Part shown: one piece after another, positions 1-8,811 of the stretch | Layout: each line of letters starts with the position of its first letter | How positions within the stretch are numbered: the first letter of the stretch is position 1 | Virus record (IMG/VR): IMGVR_UViG_3300008448_000001 | Coordinates: 62,001-126,000 of that record | DNA length: 64,000 nucleotides | Reading direction: 5' to 3' (one strand) | Program-made: the position numbers and the translations under genes | The notes under the pieces: model-generated | What the model was told of the DNA's origin: nothing | Databases searched by the model: none | What the model saw: the letters and a program-made list of their open reading frames with translations, nothing else

Positions 1-1
1 G

Positions 2-1333
2 GGGGCAGCACAGCATCCAATTTCAGAAGCGTTTGAAACGGATAAATCACCCGAGAGCAGGCTTCAGCGGTTAAAGCAAAAATTAGTAAGCGGTTCCATT
101 GGCGGTGCAGGCGCCGGCTTAGGTGTACTACTCTCCAGGACAATTAATCGGTATTTAGACAAAGACGCAGCATCCCGTTGCTGGAAAGGTTACGAGCCTG
201 TACCGGGTAAAACTCCTTACAGCGAAGACAGTTGCAAGCCGGTTGGTTCCAAAGCAAAGAAAAAGGAAAAGAAAGCAGCAGGCTGCGGCTGTGGTGGTCA
301 AAAGTGCGACAACTGCGGCACGGCACCTTGCGAGTGCAACTCCGGCGCAGATCCTTCACGTGCGGTGAAAATTGCCGCAGCCAGGCTTATCATCAAAGTG
401 GCAGGGACGCGGGGTCTATGGGACAACGTCCACGCTAAACGGAAACGAGGCGAAAAGCCTGCTAAGCCAGGCGAGAAGGATTATCCGGACAGCAAGTCGT
501 GGAACGCCACAGTGAAGGCTGGTGCAGTCGATAAGCTCATTTCGATGCTTGCCACTGGCAGACTCAAGCGGGCAGGTATCTTTTATCGAGATCTAGAAAC
601 ACCTTCGGCGACTATCGTCAATGATGACGACCGCTACGGATTGGCCGCAATGCGGACTCAAGAACCTCGTATGTTAACGCGTTTATTTAGTAACCCGGAA
701 ACTGACGCTTTGACGGCTTTGAGTGAGCTGAAAGCGAACAAACCGGAAAGCTTAGAGCGAACTACCCTTCCTGGGCGACATCTTTCGAACGAGTTTGGAG
801 CTACGCTTCAAAAACTTTATCCTTCTCGATACCGTGACCCACAAGAAGGCGAATTATTTTCAACGTTAACAGATTTGATCGACGAGGAGCCCGAGCCTGC
901 ATCCCGTAAAGACGTACAGGCAACGCGTCGACGATATGCTCCCATGATGCATCAACGGTATGCGTCTCAAGCCGATAAAGAAATGATCAGTAAACTTTTT
1001 TCCGCTTTGGAAAAAAGCTATTCAGAGCGCAAAACGAAAGCAGCCAGCGACATTGTTGCTTTAGCTAAGATTGCAGCCGAAGGTGCTTGGACTCGCTCCG
1101 AAGGTAAAAGCGAGTCCGGAGGGCTGAACGCTAAAGGCCGAGCCAGCCTTAAAGCACAAGGGCACGACATCAAACCGCCCGTGACCGAGGATAACCCCAC
1201 CGGTGAGCGAGCTGACCGCAGGGCAAGCTTTTGCGCTAGAATGTCCGGAATGAAGCGAAAGCGAACAAGTGCTGAAACGGCAAGAGACCCGGATAGCCGC
1301 ATCAATAAATCCTTGCGAAAATGGAAATGTTAA
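2..1333 (+). CDS. 5'-truncated modular virion/internal head protein made of short phage modules (CWKGY motif, Cys-rich, GLWDNVHAKR, C-terminal AWTRSEGK...SFCARM...WKC)
   Basis: Frame of ORF 365..1333 stays open back to base 2 (…DKDAASRCWKGYEPVPGK…EKKAAGCGCGG…VKIAAA…). The modules resemble those I recall from T4-like/cyanophage head proteins and are separated by K-x-A motifs. Confidence 0.65.
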   Translation, partial: GAAQHPISEAFETDKSPESRLQRLKQKLVSGSIGGAGAGLGVLLSRTINRYLDKDAASRCWKGYEPVPGKTPYSEDSCKPVGSKAKKKEKKAAGCGCGGQKCDNCGTAPCECNSGADPSRAVKIAAARLIIKVAGTRGLWDNVHAKRKRGEKPAKPGEKDYPDSKSWNATVKAGAVDKLISMLATGRLKRAGIFYRDLETPSATIVNDDDRYGLAAMRTQEPRMLTRLFSNPETDALTALSELKANKPESLERTTLPGRHLSNEFGATLQKLYPSRYRDPQEGELFSTLTDLIDEEPEPASRKDVQATRRRYAPMMHQRYASQADKEMISKLFSALEKSYSERKTKAASDIVALAKIAAEGAWTRSEGKSESGGLNAKGRASLKAQGHDIKPPVTEDNPTGERADRRASFCARMSGMKRKRTSAETARDPDSRINKSLRKWKC

Positions 1334-2599
1334 ATGCAAAGCAAAACCCAGCCCCGGCATATCCTTGTAAGCGGTCACAGTGGTGCAGGTAAATCCACTG
1401 TGTCCGAGGCTTTGGCTAAGAAGCTCAAAATGCCTTTGCTATCGATAGACAATCACCCTGAGTTTCAAACGTTCCTGACGTCTAACCCGGCTGCAAGCCA
1501 CTTAGACCCTCGGCACGCGGAGGGTACGGCTTTTCACGATCTTATTAAGCGGTTAGCTGCTGAAACACTAGCTGAGGCCGACTCGCCTTCCGTTGTAGAG
1601 GGAACTCAGCTAACCCACTTAGAGCCAGAAGAACTGAGCAATTTTGCTGATCGCATTTATGTCCGGGGCAACGCAAGACAGGTTCAAGCTCAGCGGCTTG
1701 CAAGAGCTAAAGCAAGGTGGGATGAGAAAGGTAAAACTTGGACTAAAGATGTAACGGATCGCAAGAAAAAGCTAGGCAAAGCTGTTTATAGCTTTCACGA
1801 TCAACACGTAAAAAACTACAGTCGTATTCCTGGTACGATCAAGTACGATTGGCGTAATGCAAATAGCTTTGACGATTTGCTTACAAATCTGAAAGCTAGC
1901 CGCGAGAAAACTGCAGCAGTTCGCCAGCTGCTTTCTAAAGCGGAGCTTACGGGCTCACGTGGTAGAGCCCAGGTTCACATAGACCCGGCTGTCATTGACC
2001 CGCGTGTAAATCCGATGGCGACTTTAGCCAAGCAGGCTGCTACAATGACTTTGCGGAAAATAACCATCCGCATTGGTTTTTCCCGCAACCCAGTCGAGCA
2101 AAACAGAAAAATGTCCTGCACAGAAGTTCTCCAAGACCTGCTTTACAACTGCATCGATGCCTCCTCCATGCTTAAAAAATGCCACTGGAATGCCCAGGGT
2201 ACGATGTTTAAGCCTCTGCACGATTTCTTGGGAAGCGGCTACGAGCTTTTAGACTCGCTCACGGACGACGTTGCAGAACGTATGGCTACGCTTGACAGCC
2301 CTGCCGATAGCTCACCCGCGAAGGTGGCCGCAAAGTCAGCGTTGACCGCTTTGCCAACAAAGTTCATGCAAGCCGACAATATTTTAGTTGAAATGGACAG
2401 CCGACTTTCAACGCTTGTTGACAAATTCAAAGCGGCTATTTCTGATACGGAAGACGATCCTGTGACCAGCAACATGCTACAGGATATGACGCAGAGACTT
2501 GAGAAGTATCACTGGATGCTTCGGCGTCAGAATGAAAAGCGGGAAACGGCTTCAAAGGAAGCCGCCGCAAGGGTGTTGGCTTCTTTTATAAAGGTCTAG
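1334..2599 (+). CDS. P-loop nucleotide-kinase-like domain fused to a Dps (DNA-protecting ferritin-like) domain
   Basis: Walker A GHSGAGKST at the N-terminus. C-terminal half has the Dps signature HWNAQGTMFKPLHDFL…Y…DDVAERM and ends LEKYHWML. Confidence 0.85.
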   Translation: MQSKTQPRHILVSGHSGAGKSTVSEALAKKLKMPLLSIDNHPEFQTFLTSNPAASHLDPRHAEGTAFHDLIKRLAAETLAEADSPSVVEGTQLTHLEPEELSNFADRIYVRGNARQVQAQRLARAKARWDEKGKTWTKDVTDRKKKLGKAVYSFHDQHVKNYSRIPGTIKYDWRNANSFDDLLTNLKASREKTAAVRQLLSKAELTGSRGRAQVHIDPAVIDPRVNPMATLAKQAATMTLRKITIRIGFSRNPVEQNRKMSCTEVLQDLLYNCIDASSMLKKCHWNAQGTMFKPLHDFLGSGYELLDSLTDDVAERMATLDSPADSSPAKVAAKSALTALPTKFMQADNILVEMDSRLSTLVDKFKAAISDTEDDPVTSNMLQDMTQRLEKYHWMLRRQNEKRETASKEAAARVLASFIKV

Positions 2600-2636
2600 T
2601 AATTAGACGCTCTCGCTTAAAAACGGATTTAACGAT

Positions 2637-4370
2637 ATGTTGCAACCGGACGTTTGTCTCACAGTTGTCCTCGACGAAGCCGACAATTTCCTTGTCATTC
2701 GTCGAAGCGCAAGGAACACGCGTTCCGGTCAGTGGGAACCGCCGCTCGGCCACCGTGATCCCGGTGAGATCGCAACGTCTGCTGCTTTAAGGGAGGTAGA
2801 GGAAGAGACGGGACTTTCTGTTCGCTTGTTCAGCGGAACGCTTAACAAGCGAACGGGTGACGGTAAACGTATTCGCTTGTTCTTGGCAAGGGCAACGGGC
2901 AGTAAGCCATCGGTTAAAACTGAGCCAAGCGAGCACGATGCGCACAAGTGGTTGTCTTTAGATCAAATGAACTCGTTGCAAGACTGCCACGAAACATTGA
3001 AAACGGATATTTCAGCTTTACTCAAGGCCAACAAACAAACAAAAGAGGCTAGTATGTTTCCTGCCGCAGGACAACCGGGATTAGGATCACAATTCGCACC
3101 TCGCTTTTCCGGGACTTATCAGCCTCGGCTAGCAGGTAACCCGAATCCACTTGCGAGTGTTCAACCTCCGGACGTTACAAAGGCGGATACGGCAGGCGTT
3201 CAACAGGCTTTAGCCAAGGTTGGATCCATGTGTCGCACGGCGACCGGGGACGGGCCTAAGCGTTACAAAGTGAACCCGGAAGATACTGCCATCGGAGAAA
3301 AAGCGTTTGAAAGCCTGGATCGCTTTAAGCGAGCCGGGCTTAATAACTTTCAAGCTAGCTTTTTCAGCCGCATGGTTGAAGAAGGCCGGAGCTCGACGCA
3401 AATCAAGCAGGCGATCGAAATGACGGGCAAAAGATTTGGAAATGCCGTCGCTGGCGAACTGGCGGAAGGTTTTTCCAAGCTTGCAGGTATTGGTGCTGTG
3501 CCGGATTTTACTTCGCCTCCAAAGCCGATTTCGCCGGCAGGGATTGGCAAAGCGACGCAACCGCTTTCAAGTGGTTCGCCCGGGCCCGCTAATCCAAAAG
3601 GTACGATTGGCGGTGCTTTGATGTCGTATGCAAAAGAGCCGTACGATCACCGCAGCGAAAAACCACTTGGCGGTTATCTTCCTATGTTTCCCGGAATGCT
3701 CCGAGGAGCCTTGCCGGGGGTTATGCAGGGTGCTGGAACGGCTGCGACAGGGACTGGAGCCGCTGCGACGGGGGCTGGATCGACTGCGGGGTCCGGGGCT
3801 GGTGCGGCTGCGGGCTTAAGCGGTGGGTCGTGGCTACCTTGGGCGAGCAGCACAGCTGCAGCGGCTGCAGCTCCCGCCGCAGCTAGAACTTGGAAAGATC
3901 TCGGTAGAGAGGCTTTAGCCACCGCTGGCGGTATGTCCCTGGGTGGACTTGGTATGAGTTCAGTTATGCCGAATGTTGACGACATAACGGACAAGTTTCT
4001 CTCACACCCTAAGCTCGCCCCTTTGTTAGAACTCGCAGGAAATGTGAATTCCGGCCAGGCTTTCGACCTCAAAGGTATGTTTGAGCAAAACAAAGACTGG
4101 TTGATACCGCTACTTGCCACTATGGCGGCGGGTACGGCTGGCGGAGGCATGCTCGGGGGTTCGAGCGGAGCGCTGGGTGGTGCGATAGGCTTACCTTTGA
4201 TTTACTACCTCATGCAGAACCCGGAAGCACTGAGCCAGTTCACAGGCGGGGCCAAGGCACCGGCAGCACAAGCTCCAGCGGCACAAGCTCGACCGACAGC
4301 TGGTCCGATGCGACCAGGTGGTGCTATCGCGAATCCGGCGACCGAAACCTTTACACCGGCTTCGGAGTAA
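2637..4370 (+). CDS. NUDIX hydrolase domain fused to a long Gly/Ala/Pro-rich region with glycine-zipper helices (probable virion protein)
   Basis: Nudix box GHRDPGEIATSAALREVEEETGL. C-terminal hydrophobic GxxxG segments. Confidence 0.8.
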   Translation: MLQPDVCLTVVLDEADNFLVIRRSARNTRSGQWEPPLGHRDPGEIATSAALREVEEETGLSVRLFSGTLNKRTGDGKRIRLFLARATGSKPSVKTEPSEHDAHKWLSLDQMNSLQDCHETLKTDISALLKANKQTKEASMFPAAGQPGLGSQFAPRFSGTYQPRLAGNPNPLASVQPPDVTKADTAGVQQALAKVGSMCRTATGDGPKRYKVNPEDTAIGEKAFESLDRFKRAGLNNFQASFFSRMVEEGRSSTQIKQAIEMTGKRFGNAVAGELAEGFSKLAGIGAVPDFTSPPKPISPAGIGKATQPLSSGSPGPANPKGTIGGALMSYAKEPYDHRSEKPLGGYLPMFPGMLRGALPGVMQGAGTAATGTGAAATGAGSTAGSGAGAAAGLSGGSWLPWASSTAAAAAAPAAARTWKDLGREALATAGGMSLGGLGMSSVMPNVDDITDKFLSHPKLAPLLELAGNVNSGQAFDLKGMFEQNKDWLIPLLATMAAGTAGGGMLGGSSGALGGAIGLPLIYYLMQNPEALSQFTGGAKAPAAQAPAAQARPTAGPMRPGGAIANPATETFTPASE

Positions 4371-4405
4371 CGTATACTGCCGAGACTAAACCGCTGTGAG
4401 ATAGC

Positions 4406-4631
4406 GACTACAGGGTCGAAGGTTTGTTCAATTTGCCCTGTAGTCCTGCGCTCGAGCAGGGCGAAAGCACGACGTAGAAAAGTCCTTCGCATGCGTGCTT
4501 CGGTTAGTTGTTAGCAGTGTGTTCTGCTCCGGGTCAACCGTCTCCGTCGGTATCCTTCCCGGTCAGCCTGAAACCTCTGTTGAGGCGGTCAACAAGTTTC
4601 GACTAAGGGTTCAGCCCAGGCGCAACTAACC
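4406..4631 (-). ncRNA. Candidate structured non-coding RNA (multi-hairpin)
   Basis: Non-coding gap. Stems GACTACAGGG/CCCTGTAGTC (4406-4445) and GGTTAGTTG/CAACTAACC (4502-4631), the latter closing several inner hairpins. One helix (TTAGTC/GGCTGA) pairs only on the minus strand, via G.U pairs. Confidence 0.45.
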
Positions 4632-4801
4632 AACTCACTTTTACACTTTTTTCTGGCGACTCTCGCCGCTATAATCGGGAAGTCAGTGCTTTTGTTGCAC
4701 GTTTGACTTTTCTCGGAGGGGAAACAGTCTATGTACACTTACCTTTAAGGGGGTGATCCGTATCTCGGACAATCCCGTCTAGGTCTTGTACTTAGACGGG
4801 A

Positions 4802-5434
4802 TTGTTTCGTATAGGCTTGAACATGTGGCCTTTTAACGGCATCCGAAAGCAGCTGGAAGAGCTTAAAAAGCTTTGCTTTGTTCTACGCTGCGGGCAAGAG
4901 GTCGCTGAAAGAAGCAATCTTCTGTTCTACACGAACTTGTCTCTCCGGCTGGATCGCATCGAAAAACTCCAAAAACAACTGTTGTTTAGGCTTGGCCCAG
5001 GAAATGTTTCTATTCGAGTTACAGGGGAAACCAGTATGGCCGATGTGCTTTTGTTTGTTGTTTATCTTCCACCCAAATCTGCACCGGATGTCGTCGCTCG
5101 AGAGCTTACTGTCGAGATTGACGGCGAAACTCAGGTGTTGGAACTTGACGCGGATTCTACACAAGTTTCGGATCTTTTCGGGCTCGAAGGGTCGACCGTG
5201 TCGCTGTCGCTGGTCGACATTGACAACGCGGATAATCGATCTGGAGCCAGCGTTTTTAACACAACCCTCAAGGACACGATTGCTCCACCTAAGCCCGGTG
5301 TTCTGGGTCTGGAAGTCACCGCTGAGCGTCCGAAAGCTCCGGCGGCTGAAACTCCGAATGTCGAGGCGGACACTTCTTCCTCTTCGGATGTTGTTGACAG
5401 TGCTACTGACATTGATGCTTCTGCTAGTGAGTAG
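4802..5434 (+). CDS. Hypothetical protein, beta-rich Ig/Fn3-like domain (true start may be 4823 or 5036)
   Basis: ORF track. Beta-strand pattern ending DTIAPPKPG, followed by an acidic tail. Confidence 0.5.
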   Translation: MFRIGLNMWPFNGIRKQLEELKKLCFVLRCGQEVAERSNLLFYTNLSLRLDRIEKLQKQLLFRLGPGNVSIRVTGETSMADVLLFVVYLPPKSAPDVVARELTVEIDGETQVLELDADSTQVSDLFGLEGSTVSLSLVDIDNADNRSGASVFNTTLKDTIAPPKPGVLGLEVTAERPKAPAAETPNVEADTSSSSDVVDSATDIDASASE

Positions 5435-5451
5435 CTAACTCGGAGATTATC

Positions 5452-6732
5452 ATGTTGCAAAGTCGTATCAAAGCTGCTGCCAGCAAATGTGTTTTAAGGG
5501 CCCTTTGTAAAAAGGCAAACAGCCGCAAGCAAATGCGGGCCTTTATCGTGAAGCTGGCGGCAGATAGGCTGCAAGAAGCATACAGGTTTGCACCTCGTGG
5601 CAGCACGACGCAACGGATGTCGCCCTTTCCTGGGGCACCGGGTCGGGAATCGATTCTTCGACCATCGCTTGCAAAACAAGCTTTTGCAGGTGCGAAGGGC
5701 TCGACGGGAATGTCCGGGGCTCCTCCAGCACCTAAGGCACCAGCTATGCCATCGGCGCCAAAGCTGACAGCTGAAACCAAGTTCTTCAACCCGCAAAACT
5801 CAAATTACGCAGCAATGCGAGGCCCGGATCCTGCAAGGCTTGCACCCAAACCGCAAAGACGACCGGGCATGTCTAACCAGATCAATTACGGTACTGGGCC
5901 TAGCGGTAACCAGGTAACGGCGGACATTGTTCCTGGCGGCACGATGCCTGTTGCAAGGCCCGTGGGTGCAACAACAGCAACTAATCGCCCTTCTGACGCA
6001 GACCACAAAACCAGACAAAAACTTTTTAATGAAAACACCCGTGCAGCCAGAGAAGCGGCAGCTGCGGGTCAAGCAGCACCTGGCAGTCCGTCCCTAACCC
6101 AGTTGCTAGCTAGAATGACGCCAAGCCAAAGGCGAGCTTACAGCCGACAGTTGTACGATTCACCTGGGCAATACGCCAATCGAAATCAGATAGCCGCACA
6201 AGAGTTGGCCCGCCAAGACGCGGCAAATGCTCCACCTGCGCCAGAAGCTGCGGCTATCCCTATTCCAGAAGTTGAACCAGAACCGGCAACCCCTTTCGCT
6301 ACTCCGATCGAGACAGCACCGGAGCCGCAAAGCCTGCCTATACCGGAGCGGTCGATTTCGGCGGAAAGTGCTAGCAATTGGAGGCCACCGCCTAAACCCA
6401 ATCCTTTAGGGTTAGACGCGACTGCCGCGCCTAATTTGAACGTGGATCCAAGGGCCGCAGTCGCTTCAGCGGGACGCACTGCAGGCCAGCGACTGCAACC
6501 GACGGTAAACCCCAACTATTTGTTTGACCTGTTTTCAAGAATAAGGGAGGTCATGCCGGGTTTCGGTAACCAAGTCGAGAGCAAAGATGCTCCTTTTAGT
6601 CGCATGCTACCGCAGCAGCTTGAGCAGGCAGACAAGGACCGGTATCTTTGGCATGGCATTGATTGGTTGCAGCGCGGAACGCCTTTGGGCGACACTGCTC
6701 GAAGGCAGGAACAAGAGCAATTTCAGCTCTAG
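5452..6732 (+). CDS. Pro/Ala-rich low-complexity probable internal virion protein
   Basis: 426-aa ORF with N-terminal K-x-A cluster (IKAA, KKA, VKLA, AKQA), followed by a terminator. Confidence 0.6.
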   Translation: MLQSRIKAAASKCVLRALCKKANSRKQMRAFIVKLAADRLQEAYRFAPRGSTTQRMSPFPGAPGRESILRPSLAKQAFAGAKGSTGMSGAPPAPKAPAMPSAPKLTAETKFFNPQNSNYAAMRGPDPARLAPKPQRRPGMSNQINYGTGPSGNQVTADIVPGGTMPVARPVGATTATNRPSDADHKTRQKLFNENTRAAREAAAAGQAAPGSPSLTQLLARMTPSQRRAYSRQLYDSPGQYANRNQIAAQELARQDAANAPPAPEAAAIPIPEVEPEPATPFATPIETAPEPQSLPIPERSISAESASNWRPPPKPNPLGLDATAAPNLNVDPRAAVASAGRTAGQRLQPTVNPNYLFDLFSRIREVMPGFGNQVESKDAPFSRMLPQQLEQADKDRYLWHGIDWLQRGTPLGDTARRQEQEQFQL

Positions 6733-6755
6733 CTAAGCACGCTCCAGCCCACTTG

Positions 6756-6784
6756 AATACCCGGCACACGCCGGGTATTTTTTT
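6756..6784 (+). terminator. Rho-independent terminator
   Basis: AATACCCGGC-ACAC-GCCGGGTATT followed by a T-run. Confidence 0.85.
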
Positions 6785-6786
6785 GC

Positions 6787-6814
6787 TTGACACTTGCCAG
6801 CTTGTGGTTATCTT
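6787..6814 (+). promoter_or_regulatory. sigma70-like promoter heading the accessory/early region
   Basis: TTGACA (6787-6792), 16 bp spacer, TATCTT (6809-6814), immediately after the terminator. Confidence 0.6.
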
Positions 6815-6851
6815 GCTGGGTGTTTAGTTCGTCGTTGTGTAAAGGAAAGCT

Positions 6852-7673
6852 ATGCTTGAAGATTTATTTAAAGCGAATTGCAAGCTTGATCCGTTATCGG
6901 ATTTTGGCTTTCCCGAACGCGTTCAATGCTCTTATTCGCTTGCTCAGGTTGCAAAAGGGTGGTTTACCTTGTCTCCTTTGAAGTGTTACCCGGATAATCA
7001 ACTGGAAGACGCTCTCGACGCGATGTACCGGGAGGAGACTAAAGACGTATTCGAAGAGTTTAAGCAGCTGAAGGACATCTTTCATTTCACATTTGGTGAA
7101 CATGGTCCTTGCCTGACTGTACACGACGGTAAACTGCAGATGAAAGGTTCGGCCAGCTTGCCGATAGCAAAGCTGCTCGAGTTGCGACGAAGTGGCATGT
7201 CTGGTTTTCGTTTAATGCAAGAGTTATACCTATTACTTTTGGCGGGCGGGGTAGGCATCGCGTCGGGTCCGCAGGCCTTGCATGCAGGAGAAATTGAGTA
7301 CTCTGCTAGATTTTCAATGCCCGGTAAAACGTATACGTTAACCGTAGACGCGGCGACATTCGCATACCTCATGCGGCGGTTGTTTGGTTGGTGTGGTCAC
7401 GGTGAGTCGATGAATACAACGATAACGAGTTTTCTTCTTCGCGAAGCTGTTTCAGTGGCGAACTTGACGGTAGCAAATCAACAAGGTGTAATCGATACTT
7501 GGTGCAGAGCATACTCAGACATGAAGTTGGAAAAGGAACGGTTGCAAGATTTGCTTTCGCAGGCTAACGATGAGCTCGCTGTGCTGCGAGTAAAATTTGG
7601 CAGTAAAAAGTTAGCCACCCCGTTGACGACGATCAAAGCGAAGCGTAAAGTAACTCGCCTTCCAACTAAGTAA
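6852..7673 (+). CDS. Hypothetical protein with C-terminal coiled coil and basic tail
   Basis: 273-aa ORF with SD AAAGGA. Confidence 0.7.
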   Translation: MLEDLFKANCKLDPLSDFGFPERVQCSYSLAQVAKGWFTLSPLKCYPDNQLEDALDAMYREETKDVFEEFKQLKDIFHFTFGEHGPCLTVHDGKLQMKGSASLPIAKLLELRRSGMSGFRLMQELYLLLLAGGVGIASGPQALHAGEIEYSARFSMPGKTYTLTVDAATFAYLMRRLFGWCGHGESMNTTITSFLLREAVSVANLTVANQQGVIDTWCRAYSDMKLEKERLQDLLSQANDELAVLRVKFGSKKLATPLTTIKAKRKVTRLPTK

Positions 7674-7753
7674 CGGAAGCCCTCAAGCTTGGTAAAGTAC
7701 TAAGCGATTCAAAATCGCTTTCACGGACGAAAGCAAAGCAAGTGGGAGTGGTT

Positions 7754-8158
7754 ATGCGTAAGTTGATGTTGCTCTGTGCTTTGGTCTGCAGTTCAAATGC
7801 TTTTGCACAGTCTAGCCCGTCCGATCGCCATGTTGTTTCGAGCGGATTTGTTCTCGCTCCTGGCGAGAAGATCATCGCTGTTAACGGCGTTCCTGTAGCA
7901 CAAGAAACCGTTTGCCAAGGCAGACCTGTGGTGGCCGGAAGCGTTGCCCAGGCCAAAGCACAGCAGCAAGCTGCAGAGGGACGAATGCGGCACGTTGGAG
8001 GTGGCATGGGTGCCGGTAGCTACGAGGGCGTAGGTTTCTCGACCGTGTCAGCGGAACACGCTGTTTCTAAATGTTGCTACTGGGGGCAGCGAAAAGCTAT
8101 TGACATTGGTGTCGCTCGCGGTAGAAATGGTTGGTATGCAACAGTGATTTATCGCTAG
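7754..8158 (+). CDS. Secreted small protein, CAP/SCP-like C-terminal motif
   Basis: Signal peptide MRKLMLLCALVCSSNAFA. Motif MRHVGG…YEGVG…CCYWG…GVARGRNGWYATVIY. Confidence 0.6.
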   Translation: MRKLMLLCALVCSSNAFAQSSPSDRHVVSSGFVLAPGEKIIAVNGVPVAQETVCQGRPVVAGSVAQAKAQQQAAEGRMRHVGGGMGAGSYEGVGFSTVSAEHAVSKCCYWGQRKAIDIGVARGRNGWYATVIYR

Positions 8159-8166
8159 TTGAAACA

Positions 8167-8276
8167 AGAGCGGTCGCATGATTTGATGCAGCCAAGAGGA
8201 GGTTGAGATGTTTGCTGGTAAAACCGTTAAATCCCTAAAGCAAACTTTCACGAAGGTTTAAATCCTTCCCGCTCTT
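8167..8276 (+). ncRNA. tRNA-like element 1 (enlarged anticodon region)
   Basis: Acceptor AGAGCGG/CCGCTCT, D-stem GCAT/ATGC, T-arm GAAGG-TTTAAAT-CCTTC, 3' T-run, no CCA. Confidence 0.7.
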
Positions 8277-8280
8277 TTAT

Positions 8281-8452
8281 GGGTCGGTAGCATGTCAGGA
8301 GTCATGCACGTTTTAGCCGTTGACGCGAGGTCGGTTTGGTCGGATCCGACAGCTGAGGCGATTTAATGCGAGGCATCGCAAGCAATCACGTGGACAGTAC
8401 AACTCGCAAACGACTGGCGAGGTCCTTGGAGGTTCGAATCCTCCCCGATCCT
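8281..8452 (+). ncRNA. tRNA-like element 2 (about 120-nt insert, G3.U70 pair)
   Basis: Acceptor GGGTCGG/CCGATCC, D-stem GCATG/CATGC, canonical T-arm GGAGG-TTCGAAT-CCTCC. Confidence 0.8.
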
Positions 8453-8519
8453 TTCATGGCGAAGGCCATGGCGCGCGACACCTGCCTGATGAGTGGTGTG
8501 GATGCCAGAGCACTGGCGA

Positions 8520-8618
8520 GGATCGGCGAGCATAGCGGTAACTATGCAGACTGCTTACTTTTTTCCTTTTGGTTTCTAAGCAGTTTGTGATAAGCAGGTG
8601 AAAACCCTGCCCGATCCT
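8520..8618 (+). ncRNA. tRNA-like element 3 (long anticodon hairpin with pyrimidine-rich loop)
   Basis: GGATCGG/CCGATCC, D-stem GCATAG/CTATGC, stem GACTGCTTA/TAAGCAGTT with a 19-nt loop, T-arm GCAGG-TGAAAAC-CCTGC. Confidence 0.8.
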
Positions 8619-8736
8619 TTTTGGAAGCAAGACCCCGCGAACGACGGTGCGTGCAATTGGTCGCAGAAACCGAGAAAGCTGTAATGGCAAGTATCCGCAG
8701 AAATGCGAGTCGTGACAGCCGGAGAGACGGCAACAT

Positions 8737-8811
8737 GGATCGGTAGCTAATTTGGTCAAAGCTATGGCGCTTCAAGTGCCAAAGACGCAGGTTCGAATCC
8801 TGCCCGATCCT
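8737..8811 (+). tRNA. Normal-length tRNA-like gene with UCA anticodon (candidate opal suppressor), element 4
   Basis: 75-nt cloverleaf: GGATCGG/CCGATCC; GCT/AGC D-stem with GG in the loop; anticodon stem TGGCG/TGCCA, loop CT-TCA-AG (anticodon 8772-8774); variable AAGAC; GCAGG-TTCGAAT-CCTGC; discriminator U. Confidence 0.75.

Noticed and set aside
4406-4631. HEARO/omega RNA of an IS200/IS605 element
   Set aside because: Only a vague GTTGACC-like similarity, and no adjacent IscB/TnpB ORF.
8486-8493. CTGATGAG hammerhead ribozyme core
   Set aside because: No stem II followed by GAAA and no stem III/NUH arrangement. The motif sits in a simple hairpin loop.
8737-8811. tRNA-Sec
   Set aside because: No long variable arm and a 7/5 rather than 8/5 acceptor/T fold. 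No sel genes seen.
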